From: Zygophlyctis sp. KS116 | Lineage: Eukaryota > Fungi > Chytridiomycota | DNA length: 8,425 bases | Direction: 5' to 3' | Assembly (NCBI GenBank): GCA_054661495.1 | Contig: BAAFSQ010000378.1 | Location: forward strand, 1-8,425 | In this document: positions 8,172 through 8,425 of the stretch, in pieces | Numbering within the stretch: position 1 is the stretch's first letter | Layout of the letters: every line of letters starts with the position of its first letter | The notes under the pieces: generated by a model | Database searches by the model: none | Told to the model about the DNA's origin: nothing | What the model saw: the letters and a program-made list of their open reading frames with translations, nothing else | Program-made: the position numbers and the translations under genes

Positions 8172-8185
8172 TGAGACTCTTAATC
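8172..8185 (-). other. Primer-binding site GATTAAGAGTCTCA, complementary to the anticodon arm of tRNA-Lys(CTT)
   Basis: Abuts the 5' LTR with no gap. The + strand reads TGAGACTCTTAATC, which I recognise as positions 27-40 of eukaryotic tRNA-Lys(CTT), in the same register as the half-tRNA-iMet PBS of Drosophila copia (GGTTATGGGCCCAG). Confidence 0.85.
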
Positions 8186-8350
8186 AGTTAATTTTCAAGT
8201 TTATAAAACTACTTTTATTGAAAAAGTTCAAGTGAATCTAATAATAGATTCCTATTTTTATAGTCTTGAGCGGCATGCTAAGCCATGAAGAAAGAGATCG
8301 AACATGAAGAATTGGATCGAACATCTGAATGAGAAAGTCTAATTTTAACT
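8186..8350 (-). repeat. 5' LTR (165 bp)
   Basis: Identical by eye to 4002-4166; termini AGTTAA...TTAACT; immediately followed on the - strand by the PBS. Confidence 0.95.
8256..8262 (-). promoter_or_regulatory. Candidate TATA box (TATAAAA) in the 5' LTR; copy at 4072-4078
   Basis: Consensus TATA downstream of a 19-bp tandem repeat and upstream of AATAAA, the expected U3-R order. Confidence 0.55.
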
Positions 8351-8355
8351 AAAAT
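8351..8355. repeat. Target site duplication AAAAT, right copy
   Basis: Matches 3997-4001. Confidence 0.88.
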
Positions 8356-8425
8356 GACCGATGACTTTGGAGTTCAAAACGCAGTTTTGTCCTCTAGATT
8401 TGGAAAAATTTTGTATGTAAAACGA

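Larger units (their letters stand above)
4002..8350 (-). mobile_element. Full-length Ty1/copia LTR retrotransposon, 4349 bp, recently inserted
   Basis: Two identical 165-bp direct repeats (4002-4166, 8186-8350), AAAAT on both flanks (3997-4001, 8351-8355), a single gag-pol ORF in PR-IN-RT-RH order, a PBS and a PPT. Confidence 0.97.

Noticed and set aside
8172-8185. tRNA-Lys gene
   Set aside because: Only 14 nt of the anticodon arm is present, with no D, T or acceptor arms; it is a PBS.
7921-8235. 104-aa ORF on the + strand
   Set aside because: Antisense to gag and running into the LTR; non-ATG start and no independent support.
1565-8350. A single DIRS-like YR retroelement
   Set aside because: The retroelement has its own DDE integrase, LTRs and TSD, and the YR gene lies outside it and contains introns; these are two independent nested elements.

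Overview
AT-rich eukaryotic DNA made up entirely of mobile elements. The ultra-short GT-AG introns and the element types suggest an early-diverging fungus or relative (inference). Left to right: (1) ~155-1137, + strand: a degraded Crypton-type tyrosine recombinase (YR)/GCR1_C gene with a frameshift, an apparent internal deletion and several TAA/TAG stops. (2) ~1225-1475: a CpG-rich spacer with repeated and inverted motifs between two convergent Crypton genes. (3) 1565-3957, - strand: an apparently intact CryptonF-like YR + GCR1_C gene that can be rebuilt by hand into a 686-aa ORF by removing 12 introns of only 23-31 nt; the ORF track shows only fragments of it. (4) 4002-8350, - strand: a complete, very recent, compact Ty1/copia LTR retrotransposon inserted about 40 bp upstream of the Crypton start codon. 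It has identical 165-bp LTRs and a 5-bp TSD (AAAAT). It is unusual in three possibly linked ways: LTR termini are AG...CT rather than TG...CA, the primer-binding site matches the anticodon arm of tRNA-Lys(CTT), and the integrase loop that normally contacts the DNA end is rewritten (YRKHMPPRAE instead of YTPQQNGxAE).
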